Shown: positions 1 through 13,191 of the stretch, one piece after another
Layout of the letters: every line of letters starts with the position of its first letter
How positions within the stretch are numbered: the first letter of the stretch is position 1
Assembly: GCA_028023455.1 (NCBI GenBank)
Contig: JAQFVV010000002.1
Span: 19,158,001-19,222,000, forward strand
Source of the DNA: Epiperipatus broadwayi
Lineage: Eukaryota; Animalia; Onychophora
Length of the DNA stretch: 64,000 nucleotides
Direction of reading: 5' to 3'
Position numbers and translations under genes: made by a program
The notes under the pieces: generated by a model
Told to the model about the DNA's origin: nothing
The model's database searches: none
What the model saw: only the letters and a program-made list of their open reading frames with translations

Positions 1-61
1 ATAGAAAATCCCTCTTCAGCCATCCATACCATTGAAAATCCCCTATGATTATAACAATATA

Positions 62-770
62 AGCAAATTGGCTTGGATTAAAAACATTAATATAGTTTTC
101 AATTTGGGCTAGTAGTTTGATAGTAATACAAAGAAAGGAAAGATGGTTGCTAGAGAAAAAATGTAAATCCAGGGGATCCAGGTGCACTGCTCTCAGATTC
201 AAAAGAACCTCATTGATAAAAAGCATGAAATTAGTCAGAAAGATATTGGATAGAACAGCGTTAAATAAGATTTAATAAGTACTACCATCAGGTATCTATT
301 GATTACCAAAGCTTACACTAGGTGGCAAAATATGAGAAAAATAATTTGTTTCTGAACAGCAAGATGTAAACAGAAGTCATGTGATGTCTTATTGGATGTC
401 AATCCTAGCTGAAGGATACAGATAACTATAGTTACTAATAAACTAAGATTATCATAATATATAGATATTGAACTGATTTCAGATCTATATAACAATTCAA
501 GCAAATTGGCTGGGATTGTAAACATTAACTGTTTTTCAATTTGGGTTAGTAGCTTGATAGTAAAACAAACCAAATAACTACTAAAGAAAAGGTCCTTTTA
601 GATCCATGGTATCCAGGGCCACTGTTCTCAGATCTAGAAGCCTTTTACTGATGAAAACCAAAAGCTAAAACCTAGAATAAGGATAGGGACTTAATAAACA
701 CTATCATCTGGCATCTATTTATTGCTAAACTTATATTGAGTGGCAAAAATGTGGTGAGAAAAAACAAAAA
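62..770 (+). repeat. Old tandem array of a family-A-related hammerhead repeat, period about 438 bp
   Basis: gcaaattggc recurs at 63 and 501. Both units resemble family A (gatccagg-gcactg-tctcagat...attgattac...gtggcaa). Decayed hammerhead cores lie near 205-240 (TTGATAA...GAAATTAGTC) and 647-670 (CTGATGA...). Confidence 0.6.
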
Positions 771-779
771 ATTGAATAT

Positions 780-1500
780 CTGGAATCCTGTACAATGGTA
801 TGAAGAAAAATTAATAATAACAAAATGAAAACGAATTTGCAAAAAACAACAACCGATATATGAAAATAAAAATGTCAAAAGTATATAAAACCATCTTGGT
901 ATTAAATGGAAAGTTGCTCCAACAATAAAAAACAAATGAGTTTTACAAAAAACAAAAGAAATATCATGAACTGTATGTTTAAAAAAATCTACTAAAACTA
1001 TGCAGGAATAAAAAATAAAAAAATATTACTCATATGATCGCAACATATTTTAAAGCACTACATATTTTAAATGAAGAGATAAGAAATACAATTAAATGTA
1101 TAATGAGTAAAAAAAAACTTCAAAAAATATAAAAAAAATTGTTGGCAAAGTTATATACTAAATATCTAAATGTTTAGAAAAAATGGCAGTAATAATTATT
1201 AAGAAAAGTGAAAAAGAAATTACAACTATATATATAAAATCTTTGGACTGGAACCAATCAAAATAATAAGTAAGATTTAAAAATGATTATTGCATAGCAA
1301 GTCATATCAAAGTTTTTAGAAAAGGCCAATTAGTGTAAGTTGACGATCTGCACTGAATTCGTAAATAACGGAAAAGCATTTAGTTGAATAACCATTTATA
1401 TATATGATTATTAAAGTTTTGGGAAATCAAGACATAGATCTGGAATATTGTCCGATTCTGAAAAATATTCATTAGAATGCAACATCAATGTTTAGATTAC
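780..1500 (+). mobile_element. Degenerate RTE-clade LINE fragment (RT region)
   Basis: Broken frames read LHILNEEIRNTIKC, LAKLYTKYL, KAFS and QDIDLEYCPILKNI, matching the more intact RTE at 17940-19858 (LPRILNEEVRHAIKC, LAKLYTKCL, EKAFDSI, HQGIDPGYCHILKNI). Confidence 0.7.
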
Positions 1501-2509
1501 ATAGCAACCCTGAGAAGAATAACATTGATAAAGGTATACACCAGAATAACTCCATAGATCAAAAAAAATTTATCACAATTTTTCAGGAAATATTTAGTAT
1601 GTATGAATTAAAGTCTAAAATTACATACTGCTTACTTAACTATCTAAATTTTTCAATTATATGATTGTTTTCATAAATAATGTTTTAAAGCTTCAATATA
1701 TACTTCAAAAGCAATCAGATGAGTGTAAGAAAATAGACTAAAGATAAATGTATTAAAGGATTTTTCAAAAATGCAGAAAATAAAGATTGATAGTAGTAAA
1801 TAAGCAGTTACTTACTACAAACAACTTTGTTCATACATTTAATATAGATGGAAACATAATAGTTAAAAATTAATCATAGAATTAAATTAGGATGAAATGC
1901 TATTGATAGAAATGATTTATTAGTACAAAAAATGTTTATATATTTGAAGAAAAAAAAAAAGGTTTTTAATAAATATATTTTCTCAATGCTTACTTATAGA
2001 TCTGAGCCTTGTCAACATGTAATGGAAAAGGAACATAGAGATACTGTGATGTATAGAGAAATACATGCTGGGAATAATAAGAAAGAATTAAAAATGAAGT
2101 ACAATATATTTCATAATTCCTATATTTAATCAAATTTTATTTTCACATCATTTCCTCATTCATCAACCATCACTGCAAGAGAAAAGCAGTTGTTCAAAAA
2201 CTTCTATTAAAACTTCCTTATTAATGAAGTTTCTGATAATCTAGTAAATTTCCTTGTTCATTGTCACATAATTTAAAATAGATATTTTCTAACAATCGCT
2301 TTTCATCTTTTGATATGCCATTGAGAATTTTTTTAATCTATAGAATATCTTTTCTTATAATGTGCCCAACCATTATTATTTAAATTATATAATTATATAT
2401 TTTTATTTAACATATTTTCTTTTTTGTCCATTTGTGTTTGATTTCATTCATTTTCCTTCTTCCAATCTAAACTTTGCATACAAATTCCTCCATGGTATTA
2501 ATATGTTTT

Positions 2510-3014
2510 TACAGGATATATATATAGCCTGTATGTTAGATATTTAATAGTAGCTTCAATGTCTGCCCAGTCCTTGTATATGCACTTAAATGGATTATGT
2601 CCTGTACATGAGGGGTCAGAATGACTTATGGTCAACCTGGGTGTGACGAGAAATGTCAGCATTCGTGGGAGCTTTGAACATTCCATTATCAGATTTTCAA
2701 TAGGATGGATGGCTGAAAAGTTGGAGGGTGGAGTGGATTGAAGCCTATCCGTAAAAGCATGAAGATTGGCTATTTTAATATAAATCTGAGCACTTATTGT
2801 ATATATGTGTAGAGATGATAATCTGGACCAACTGACGAGCACAAAATATGTATATTGGTGATTATTTATCTTTTAGACATATTTTGGTCAAGTGTATCAA
2901 TGGAATGGGATAGTGTGGAGAGTTGAGGATCGTGTGAAAGTCTGAGCTCAAAATACTCTATATATTACAATATTTGTACAGGTATATATATATAGCCTGT
3001 ATGTTAAATATTTA
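2510..3014 (+). mobile_element. Family C hammerhead repeat, about 1.08 units (467-nt monomer with terminal redundancy)
   Basis: tacagg-tatatatatagcctgtatgtta-atattta occurs at both 2510 and 2977. The interior matches 14270-14610 and 38730-39180. A hammerhead remnant with deleted stem II lies at 2828-2858. Confidence 0.7.
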
Positions 3015-4469
3015 AAAAGATAATGAAAAAATTATATTTTTAGTTTTCTATGGGATTTAATATTTTTTATAGTATTGCCATCTAGTAGTATTAAATTGTA
3101 CTTAAACTTTCTTTATAATTTCTGGAATAATGTAAATTAAAAAAAACATTAAGAAATGCTTTAATACACACAGATGCACTAACTGTATCAATGTCAATCA
3201 ATCTAGCAGAAACTGTAACAAATACCTACTTTCTTGTATCAGTATCAAATAGATATTACTTGGGAATGATCTGATGAACAGATTGACATAAATACAATTC
3301 CTAATCATGATCGCAGAAGAAAATTTGTTTTATACTTTTTAGTGCACTTACATAAATAAATTTTGTAATAATTGAATTTATATGGGAAGTTTTTTTTATT
3401 AAATATGAGAGCCTATTTCTCTAAAATGTAACATTAAGTCTATGAAATGCATTTCATACAAGTAAATATAATTCATCAACTTTTCAATTTTCTTCTCCTT
3501 AATTAAAATGCCCTTTCGCAATTCACTAATCCAATCTAAACTATTAACATTTTTTTTCTAAAATCTTTTAAAATAATTTTTGCAGAATTGAAACATAAAG
3601 TCATTTGATTATTTCAGCTCACTACAATTATTCTCAAGCTTATAATGGATAACACTAGAGTAGAAAAAGAACTGTTTGTTTAGAAATTGAAATAATTTGA
3701 CATATACATGTTTCTATTTCAAAATGTTAAGTAATTTCATGTAACTTTATTAATAAAATAGATGTATTTCAAGTCCATGATTTTTTTAAAGCAATAATAA
3801 ATAACTGATATGCCTATGTGTATATACTGAGATGGTTATCTCAGGATGGCATGAATAAGTTACTCTAAAATACAGGGTACCAATTTAGTAACTACTCTAC
3901 ACCATTTTTGAGACTAGGAGAAGCCACAAATCCATTGCTAACACAACAAAGTAATAAACAAACTTAGACAGTACTCCCCCCAAATTAATAAGATGTTCCT
4001 AACAGTTTGTTCAATCCAATGTAAAAACCTACAAATTTCATGGAAATTTTTTTTAAAAAAAGTTTGTATTTTGTAATTAAAAAATAATTTTTTAAAAAAA
4101 AAAACGATCTTAGATAATATGCTGAAAATAATATGGAGTAGACCTTCCCCACTTTCAAACAATAAAAAATGTACTTACTGTCACTTAAAATTGTTTTATA
4201 ACATTATAAAATTAATTTAATATGTTTTAACTGTAGTACAAATACAAACTCTTTATTGCCATGTTAAGTAGTAGTAAAATAAATATTCCTTTAGTTTGAA
4301 ATGATATCAGTTCCATGTTTTATTTGTAAATGATTAGTAATAATCATTATTGTATTTATCTGAGGTAGATGGTGTCAAAGTTGTGAGTGAGTGAGTTTGA
4401 CAGTTGTAAATAATAAAAAAATGTAACAATTTACTATAGATACATACTTTTCATATAACAGATATATAT

Positions 4470-4540
4470 ATATGTGAGCTGGTGACGTGGGCTTACTGAT
4501 GAGTGCTGGTTCAGCATACAATGCATCTTGGGAGGCATTT
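4470..4540 (+). repeat. Family C fragment with decayed hammerhead
   Basis: CTGATGA GTGCTG GTT CAGCAT at 4496-4517 is identical to the family C core and stem II. The GAAA and stem III are degenerate. Confidence 0.6.
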
Positions 4541-7500
4541 GTCTTTTAGTATCTTTATTTATATGAATTTAAAAAGAATGGGGAAGTATGGAGGTTATTT
4601 AATATATATCATAATTTATTTTCTAATTGTAATTAAATATGAAGACTTTTTTTGAAAATTTTCAATGAAATTTGAGTTTTTATTTAGATTAGACAAAATA
4701 TCAGGAACACTTTATTAATTTCCAAAATATTATTTAAGATCTCTTTTTTTGTTGTTGTTGTTAATTTATTTTCTAATTGTCATAAAATATAAAGTTCTTT
4801 TTTTTTATGAAGTTTTTATTCAGATTATATAAAATATAAGGATCACTGGTTATTAATTTTGGGGGATATTATCTAATATCGTTTAACACTTGGTTGTATT
4901 AGCAATGTTTTTGGAAACCCTAGTGTCAAAAATGCTCCCTAACTCTTACTAAATCAGTATTAAATAGATGGTGTAAATTGAAAACTAACATTAATAATGG
5001 TAGAGTGACGTAATTATAGGATAATAAACAATAATTATACAATAAAAGAGGTCTTTTAGAATTCAAAAGTCACAAAACAACACACATAAAATCAGCAATA
5101 ATTTTATATTCCAACTTAGCTATTAAAACATACAAATATTAATGTTTAAGTCAAATTCATGCCTATAAATACATACGTTGAACAAACGTTTGTGTACATA
5201 TCTACATGAACAGTATAAACTACATTTAACGTTAAATTAATATAAAGGTTTAAATAGATATATTAAAATAATCTACTGTTAGCTAAGTCTTAATATCAAA
5301 TTTGGTGCAAAAACAAATGAAAATTGTAAAAAGTAGAATTCACGGATTTTTTTTAACTTCAAAGGATTTATAGAATTGATCTTGACGATAATAAAGTCTT
5401 TGAAAGTATAAAGTATTAATTCAAAAGTGATAATCTAAAATTACCAGCCAATACTAAAGGCAATAAATCAATTATTTCAAACAATGTAAACACAGCTGAC
5501 ATGTTCACACCTTATCCAGAAAAGGTGAAAAATTACATAAGGTTTCTAAAAATTATTAGGTCAGTAAATTTCTCTCACATATGTCTACAAGGGAGCAATT
5601 TAAGTAGACTGACTGCTCAGCCCACGCGCCATTTTCAATTGAAGCTGAAAGAATGAATATATGCAGAGAAGTGTAATGGCAAATAGAAATAATGAATCGG
5701 TACCTATAAGAAAGTGAATAAATTTTTATTAATAGCAAGGGAAAGAAAAGAAAAATGACTTTACATAATTGCATGCATAGGAAAAATAGGAATTTCATCT
5801 CCTTGTAATTCCATAAACTAAATTTCAATAAACTTTTCATTATACTAAGTAAAAAAAATTGGCAGCTGGAAAAAATATAAACTTTTCAGAATGTAATAAT
5901 TAATAATCAATAAAAAGCATTGATTATCATTTTAATGTCTATTTGCATCCTGTTTCGTTAGTAAATAATAGTGTCAGACATTATTTTGCCACTTCCGGTA
6001 CCTGACCTTTGTATGAACTCCCAGGCAATAAAACCAATGGATTATTTTTTAATGTCTATTTATGATTTTAATTATGTTCACATTATATGTAATTTCATTT
6101 CATGCACATAAACATCATTTTATACATTTTCAAATAGTGTTTGTATATATATATATTAGTAAAGGTAAAGCAGAATTTTTTTATTGGAAGTCAATTTGTG
6201 TCAATCTCTAAAGATTAAGATTTAGGTGCTAAACTCAAGAAAAGGGTGTTATAATATAAATATTAGAGTAAAAAAATAATAGCATGACTTTATTGCTCAT
6301 GAATTCATTAGAAGTCTGAATATTAAGAGTTGCAGAGTCTGCCATCTGCCAGGGAAAGGTCACAAAAAATTCAATGGTAATTAAAATAAAACAAGGTATT
6401 TATAAATAGGAGAGTGTGTGTAGATATATTAAAATGGACTTGTGAATTAGTTTTCTGCAAGCATGGAATTTGATTATTTATGATTATAATATTTAATGAT
6501 TTTGTCCATCAATCCAAACGCACCGACCATTATTGGTTGTTACTGCTATCATATTTGATGATGACCAAACGCACTTTTATTAGCATAAATAATGCTAAGA
6601 TATATTTTGAAAACTGAGTGGTATTGCCATCAACAAACAGTATTAATGTTTTTCCTTGATGATATTAGTTTACAATCTTGATATTCCTGATTTAGTGAAT
6701 ACTCTGAGTGGCTTATAAGAAATAATGCAAAGATATATATTAGTTAAGTTAATAAGCTTAGCATGCCATCTGAATTATGGTGCAATTAATCTAGTTTTGG
6801 CTACTGATCAGAATGATGATTTAAATGAAAGAGACAGTTAATATGGTCCTGACAGTTTTACCAGAATGACAATTATGAATGATATTTCTTTGTGATTTCC
6901 TGCATGACAGTGAAGAATTAAATTAATGTTTCAAATTTGTTACATTAACTCTTAAAAGAAAAAAAGGCAAAGACGGTGATTATAGATATGTTTTAATTAA
7001 GGAAGTGCATGCTTTAAAATGTTAGATGATGGAAATGGCCCGAAATATAATTACTATTAAAATTCCATCATCACTAACTTTAAGACCAATGTCACTTTAT
7101 ATATATGAAATCAAATGCTGTCACTGATCAATAAAAGGTAAATCTTGATCCCAGGATGATAGCATCTGTAGTCATATATGTTGAAACATACATAGCCTAC
7201 TTTTGTTAAAAAATTACATATTTAAAATTTACTTTTGACAACATTTTTAAAATAAGCTTTTAATTATTAAAGTTTTGTCAAAAAAAGAAATCATCTGTTT
7301 ACCTAAAATTAAACAACTTCATTTGTCAAATATTCTTAAAGATTAAAGATGTTGATTTGGCATTTTGTGATATCAAATCAATTACTTATAACATTTTGTA
7401 ATTCTTTAACATGGCTTTCTAATGTAAGCTATAAAAGATTAAGGAACCTTTGAAAATTCAGCATTTAGCAGAGAGTAGAAGCCCATGGAGGCAAAGATGT

Positions 7501-7979
7501 GAAAGCATAACAATTGTTGGTGCCCATGCTCTTACAATGACAACCAGATAAGAAATCTTGTTGGAATATCTACTCCCTAATCCTTATAAGTGACCAAAAA
7601 AAAAAACCCATCCATGGAATGTCATCCAAAGAATAATTATAAGGTATGTGGATAATTTTATCTCAAGTCCATTTACAAACTACAATCAAAGTTTATTGAG
7701 AATTTATGTCAAACAGAAATTACTAGATGCAAGGAACACCACTAAAAATTATATTTTAGCATGAGAAAAACAGTTTCTGATAAAATAATTTTAAAATTCA
7801 GATAATAAATATTTTCTTTATTATCTAATTGTATGGGTATAAACTCACTTTTGCATATATAAACTTAAGAGTTCATCTACACTACATGGAACGGTCACTA
7901 TTTAAAAGATAAATATTGCCATCCAATTCAATCACTTAGGACTTTATCAGCAAGTAGTAGTTAATTTTTTTTCCCCATG

Positions 7980-8071
7980 TGTCATAGCATCGGCCGGGAA
8001 GCGAACCCGCTAACCCAGGACAACTGCTTGTAAGGCAGCTGTGCTGACCACTCGACCACCAATGCTTGACA
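7980..8071 (-). mobile_element. Short tRNA-Gly(TCC)-derived SINE / tRNA pseudogene
   Basis: Minus strand GCATTGGTGGTCGAGTGGTCAGCACAGCTGCCTTACAAGCAGTTG...GGGTTCGCTTCCCGGCCGATGC resembles the eukaryotic tRNA-Gly(TCC) body. It has a 9-nt insertion before the T-arm and an A-rich tail, and near-identical copies at 39614 and 46624. Confidence 0.75.
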
Positions 8072-8929
8072 AGTAGTAATTAATTGTTTGCAGAATTTTC
8101 AAGAAAGGAAAAACTTTTCTTAAGTCAGAATTACGGAACATATGTATCCAAGTGATTTCTAGTTATAAGACCTGATAATTTTATATAAGCTTGCAATATC
8201 AGACTTCTATTTCTAAAACCAAGATTGATAGAACAAGAAAAAGCATCAATACAAGTGCATGTTTTTCTTTCACAGTATTCTTCTATTATCAATCTGATAA
8301 AAGCACCACACACATTAGTGATCTTGAACTTGGTTTTGATGGTCTTAAATTCAGAAAATGCTTCAGGTGCATATGATATACTTCCAGAATGTAAAAAAAA
8401 TTTAGAACTTGAAGCCAAACATGGTTGGAAAAACTATTTAGTAGCATTAGTCATGTAGAAATTATTCCAAAATTTGTCATAAAAGCAAATTGTCTATTGT
8501 AAGGTAGGGTAAATAAAAAGGTGATATTCGAAAACTTTTCTTCCACAAGATAGAAAAAAAAATTTTTTTTTTTCATTTTAAGACATTACAACCACTTGAA
8601 ATGAATTAAACATAGATACTATTACATATTAGCTGTAACAAAAATGACTGCAAGTGATAAAATAACTGGATGAAATAGGCAATTTAAACATTATATAATA
8701 AATAAATCATTTGATCTACTTTTTGTTTTTACATATCTAAGTAGATTCAAAGGTCTTTGTTACTAATCTGTAAAATTTCAAAGATCGGAAATTCATATTC
8801 ACAAGAATATGAATTATTTTCTTTATTATTTGTAGATTAGTCATTTAAAAAAAAAAAACCTCTTTTTCTCTACAGTGATAATATAAATGCATTATTTGAA
8901 AAATGTTACTTTTTTTAAAGCATCTATTA

Positions 8930-9430
8930 AATAAAAATAAAACAGGCAAAATTTTCCATACAGTGGTGCGACTCAGTGCAAGCCAGAGTAATCAATGGAT
9001 GCCAGAAGGCTTGGGCACAAAATGGTACTGGTCTATTAGCCACTATACATTGCTTCATGGTGCTATTTCTGTGCAAAAACTTATTAATATAACGTTTCCG
9101 GGCCCTTTTTTTTCTTTTCAAATTTACGTTATTCTTATAATACTAAGGTAAACGTTTAATCAAAAGTGAAAAAAAAAACACTTTTTCTCTTTATTTCCAA
9201 ATTTACATTATTTTTCTAATACTAAATTAAATGTTTAAACAAAATGCTGCCCATAAACGGCTATTATGAATGTAGTGTTGTAATAGCCATAGGTTCAACC
9301 GCGTAAACGCCATACTTATGTGTTCTTGCACATAAACAGCACCATCAAGTGATGTAGGTGGCTAATAGACCAGTTCCCATAAAATCCCGATCTAGTGCCT
9401 ACTCATCCAATATCCCCAGGCTAGTTTCAT
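8930..9430 (-). mobile_element. Truncated family A copy interrupted by a MITE
   Basis: Family A sequence (ccatacagt...gagtaatcaatggatgccagaaggc) stops at 9023 and resumes at 9378 (cataaaatccc...atatccccaggctagtttc). Confidence 0.75.
9024..9377. mobile_element. MITE with GG...CC termini and 8-bp TSD (Merlin-like by inference)
   Basis: Imperfect TIRs of about 50 bp, GGTACTGGTCTATTAGCCAC.../...GTGGCTAATAGACCAGTTCC. TSD cacaaaat (9016-9023) / cataaaat (9378-9385). Confidence 0.8.
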
Positions 9431-10299
9431 GATCAAGTGATACTTGGTGGTTTAAATAAAGTTAATAATATCTATTTATTTTATCCAAAAGTTTATACTT
9501 CATCAACATCTTTTTATATTTTTTTTATTAAATTTTTAATAAAAAAATTAAAAAGTATTCCTATACAAAAATAACTTTGAACTCTACTTAGAATATATTT
9601 TCTATTTAAAATACATAATTCTAATCATTTTAAAGTAAAAATGTGATGTTTTCCCTTAATTATTTTTAGCTTTTAAACTCTATTTCTTCAATGGTTCTTT
9701 TTTGGTTAAACTGAAAATAAAAATAGTCTCATATTATTTTCTTGTCACTTAAGCTTATGTTTCAACTTCCTTAACTTTTTAAAAACATTTCTTACCAACA
9801 ACTAATATTTCAACTGAAGCAAAAAATTTACTAAGTTCTTAAAAACTTCAAATCTATTCTGAACTCTATCAAAAATGATGATTATTATCCTAGAAGAGTG
9901 ATAGGTAGTAATCCTGTTACAGATCATTACATCTTGTACAGTAATCCTGTTAAGAAACCATTCCATATCCAATTTTGGATTTAAAAAAATCTTTACAAAA
10001 AAAAAGCAGAAATAAACTAACTGCTATTTTCTAAAATTTCACACAATTTCTATTAGATAAAAATAGAAACTATAACAAATAATAATATGATTCTATCAAC
10101 TTCTGCTTCAAGAGTGATAATTCACTCAATGTTTTGTAAATATGAATAATCGATGAAAACCAGATGGCAGTACCAATCAAATCCAATAGTGAGAAAGCTT
10201 TGATATTTGATAGAAACTTTCATAAAATGTTCATTGACAGTATAAATGCATAGACATAAGATTATTATTATCAAAGATTACAATTTTTATATTATATTA

Positions 10300-10570
10300 T
10301 ACATAGAACTCGCAAAACAAACTCTTGACAAGCTTTATAGAATACCCCCAATCTCAGACCGTTTTCTGCTTCTGGCATCTTCAGTGATGTGCTAAAATAT
10401 TCAATCATTAGATTAAAAATACCAGGATAAGCCCAGAACTTTATCTAATGGGTAACTATTAAGTAAAAACTCTGAAATTTTCAGACATCCATATGTCTTC
10501 CAATCCAGCTATCTAACTTAAATAAACATATGGGTCTGAACTAAGTTCAGATACACCATATATTAATAGC
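10300..10570 (-). mobile_element. Family B hammerhead repeat
   Basis: Homologous to 13725-13970 and 41052-41367. Hammerhead motif at 10351-10390. Confidence 0.75.
10351..10390 (-). ncRNA. Minimal type I hammerhead ribozyme, family B (stems I and III partly mutated)
   Basis: ACATCA CTGAAGA TGC-CAGAA-GCA GAAA ACGG TC TGAGAT. Confidence 0.6.
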
Positions 10571-10634
10571 TTTAGCAATATAAAATCACCAAATCCATCA
10601 TAGCAAAAAATAAAATTACAAAAAAAATGTCAGA

Positions 10635-10808
10635 TGTCATGTTATGGCTAGTACTATAATTACGAACTGACGCCTAGCGGTGACAACTGAGATTAGCGAG
10701 CGCGCGACATCGCTCTTATGTTAGAGAACGCGAGTAGTTAATAAAGTTTGTTAGTTATCTAAACTGTGTGTATTTATTTATTTAGATATTACGGCCAAGA
10801 ACATAACA
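10635..10808 (+). repeat. 5' LTR (174 bp)
   Basis: TGTCATGTT...AACATAACA inverted termini, contains AATAAA, near-identical to 13192 onward. Confidence 0.9.
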
Positions 10809-10822
10809 TGGTGTCAGGAGTG
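10809..10822 (+). promoter_or_regulatory. Primer-binding site, probably tRNA-Leu(CAG)
   Basis: TGGTGTCAGGAGTG directly follows the LTR and is complementary to the ...CACTCCTGACACCA 3' end of tRNA-Leu(CAG) (recalled sequence). Confidence 0.7.
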
Positions 10823-10929
10823 AATTAATGAAATGATAGTAAAAAAATATTTCTAAAGTAAAAAACAGTGAGTATTTAAATATTGATAAAAATAGGTTTT
10901 ATAGCAATTTTTTTTTTTTCATATCATAT

Positions 10930-11706
10930 TTGTCGAAATACAAAATGGCATCACAATTCGATCATTTTTACAATATTGAACCGCTATCTATGGAAGGAAA
11001 TATGTCAATCAAATGGACTGATTGGAAAGAATTATTCCTAAATTTCCTAGAAGCAACAGAAAACGATATGAAATCTGATAAAGCAAAATTAGGAATATTA
11101 CGTCATCTCATTGGAAAAGAAGGGAGAGATGTAATAAAAACATTAGATCACATGAATCCAGAAGATAAAACAAAATTGCTACCCGTCTTAACCCAAATGG
11201 ATAAATATTTTAACACCATAAAAACATTATATGACAGAATAAATGCATATACAATGGAACCATACGAGGGAGAATCGATTGATCACTTTCTTACTCACTT
11301 AAAAGTAGTAGTTGAAAAAGCTGACTTTGGAGATCAAAAACAAAATATCCTCTGCGATAGAATTATAATGGTACAAAAAGAAGAAGGACTAAAAGACAGA
11401 TTATTTGAGAAAGGAAATATTACATTAGAAAAAGCACTGGAAATAATATGTGGACATGAAACTAGAAGACTCAAAAATGAATTACTGGGAACGTCTGAAC
11501 TATGTATTAACGTAATAGCGAAAAATACAACAACAAACATACGCAATTGTCAAAAGTGCAACCGTAATCACCTAAAATGTGAGTGTCCCGCATTTGGTAA
11601 AAAATGCTATAATTGTGGAAAGTTAAATCACTTTGCCAATAATTGCCATACGAGAAGCTACGACCATAAAATTTTTAAAACGCAAAAACACTCAAACACA
11701 AGATAG
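10930..11706 (+). CDS. Gypsy gag with CCHC zinc knuckle
   Basis: W..W...F..FL N-terminus, GESIDHFLTHLK, ILCDRII, and CQKC...CPAFGKKCYNCGKLNHFANNC. Confidence 0.9.
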   Translation: MSKYKMASQFDHFYNIEPLSMEGNMSIKWTDWKELFLNFLEATENDMKSDKAKLGILRHLIGKEGRDVIKTLDHMNPEDKTKLLPVLTQMDKYFNTIKTLYDRINAYTMEPYEGESIDHFLTHLKVVVEKADFGDQKQNILCDRIIMVQKEEGLKDRLFEKGNITLEKALEIICGHETRRLKNELLGTSELCINVIAKNTTTNIRNCQKCNRNHLKCECPAFGKKCYNCGKLNHFANNCHTRSYDHKIFKTQKHSNTR

Positions 11707-11769
11707 AAAAATATTAATAGAAATGGACGTTATGCGAACGAAGTACATGATGCTACGACATCAGATTCA

Positions 11770-12123
11770 TTGTATACCAGTGATGTTGAAAACACAATTG
11801 GATACATCAGACATGTAGACTCAACTCATTTGTTTAATGGCTGGTATGAACAGATTTTATTAGACAACAATAAAGTAAAAATAAAAATAGACACAGGAGC
11901 TGATGTAAACATTATGTCTAAAAAAGTACTTAATACTATTCATCCACAACCAATAATATACAAAACAAAGAAGAAATTATGTGCTTTTGGAGGATCATTT
12001 ATCACCCCAATAGAAAAAGCAAAACTTCAAGGCAAAATAAACAAAGATCTGCGTAATTTACATTTTATAATAATAAAAGAAAACGAACCAACACTTCTTA
12101 GTGGCCATGATAGGTTTAATTAA
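11770..12123 (+). pseudogene. Gypsy aspartic protease (frame-broken)
   Basis: KIKIDTGADVNIMS active-site motif and a C-terminal PTLLSG. Confidence 0.85.
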
Positions 12124-12434
12124 ACGCAACAAAATTACAGTACAAAAAGTAACGATGAAAAATAAACGTAAAAATGATCAAAATATATCCAACAACAACA
12201 AAGATACGATAACAAAGAGTAGAAAAGATAATAAAAGTATTAAAACACAGGAAGTAAAAGAAAATGAAAACTTCAAGTCTATATATGAGAAATACAAAGA
12301 TGTTTTTCAAAGTGTGGGTTGTTATGAAGACGAACACCACCTCACAGTAGACCCAACATTTAAACCAGTTGTCCATGCACCTAGATTAATTCCACTAAGT
12401 ATACATGAACAATTACACGAGGAATTAAAAAAAA
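12101..12434 (+). pseudogene. Gypsy pol linker and N-terminal stub of RT
   Basis: YKDVFQSVGCYEDEHHLTVDPTFKPVVHAPRLIPLSIHEQLHEELKK is the usual pre-RT segment. Pol homology stops here. Confidence 0.8.
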
Positions 12435-13016
12435 TTGGAAGATATTCGTTTACAACATGAAATATTAAAGAAATTGGGTGAAGAACAGTCCCATCAATTA
12501 ATTGAAAAGGAGAGAGAAGTACAGCAAAAATTTCAATTAGCAAAGGAAGAGGAATGGCATAAAATCACTAATATAGAAGCTGAAATGTTAGAATTAGAAA
12601 ATAAAATTCAGGAGTTGGAAAGATACAAACTTGATGAAAGTAATCAAAAGCAAGTTGATGTTAAAAAAACTGAAGATAATGCCAGACTAGCTATTCACAA
12701 TAAAGAATTACTTGAAAAGGAATGTAATGTGTTAAAAATCAAAGTTCACAAACATCAATCTAGTATAGAATTATTAGAGAAAGAAAAAAGTTTGAATTCT
12801 GAATTACATCAACAGATTCAACAGCTTAAAGACGATCTTCACAGTTTATCAGTTGTTCATCAGGATTTGCTATTACAAAACAGCAAATTAAAATCTTCCA
12901 TTGATTTATTAACAAATGAACTGAAAGTTGCCAAAGTTGATTTTATCAAAATGAAGAACACAGCTGAAAGATTCACAACAACTCCACAGACAAAAGAACT
13001 GGATGAGGAGACATAG
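12435..13016 (+). pseudogene. CEP83: Captured intronless fragment of a centrosomal coiled-coil protein (CEP83/CCDC41-like) inside the LTR element
   Basis: EILKKLGEEQSHQLIEKEREVQQKFQLAKEEEWHKI...ELENKIQELERYK...IELLEKEKSLNSELHQQI...DLLLQNSKLK aligns without gaps to my recollection of human CEP83 ([36 protein letters not shown]...ELENRLADLEKMK...IENAEKEKNENSDLKQQI...DLLNSNQMLK). Needs BLAST confirmation. The last 15 or so codons are probably element-derived. Confidence 0.7.
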
Positions 13017-13191
13017 TTGCCCGTACCTGAGACAAAGAAATCACCACCAATCAACATCAAGTGATAATGGCACAGCCATAAGGAGAATATCAGTCGAACG
13101 TTCCGAGATGAGAGGAAAATCAAACAGAAGAAGAAGGCCTCCAATATATTTAAAAGATTATGTTTGTAAATAAAATTTAAAAAAAGAGAGT

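Noticed and set aside
5556-6000. Possible minus-strand first exon (AAAATGGCG, GTGAGA donor) with an ETS-like CCGGAAGT motif upstream
   Set aside because: The ATG frame stops after 10 codons and joining it to candidate exons near 4040 and 2340 gave no coherent protein.
8131-8458. Three overlapping ORFs in a GC-richer, exon-like patch
   Set aside because: No recognisable domain and no consistent splice-site pair. It may be an unidentified exon, but I cannot support a call.
11334-13144. Minus-strand ORFs within the Gypsy element
   Set aside because: Antisense shadows of the A-rich gag, pol and captured frames.
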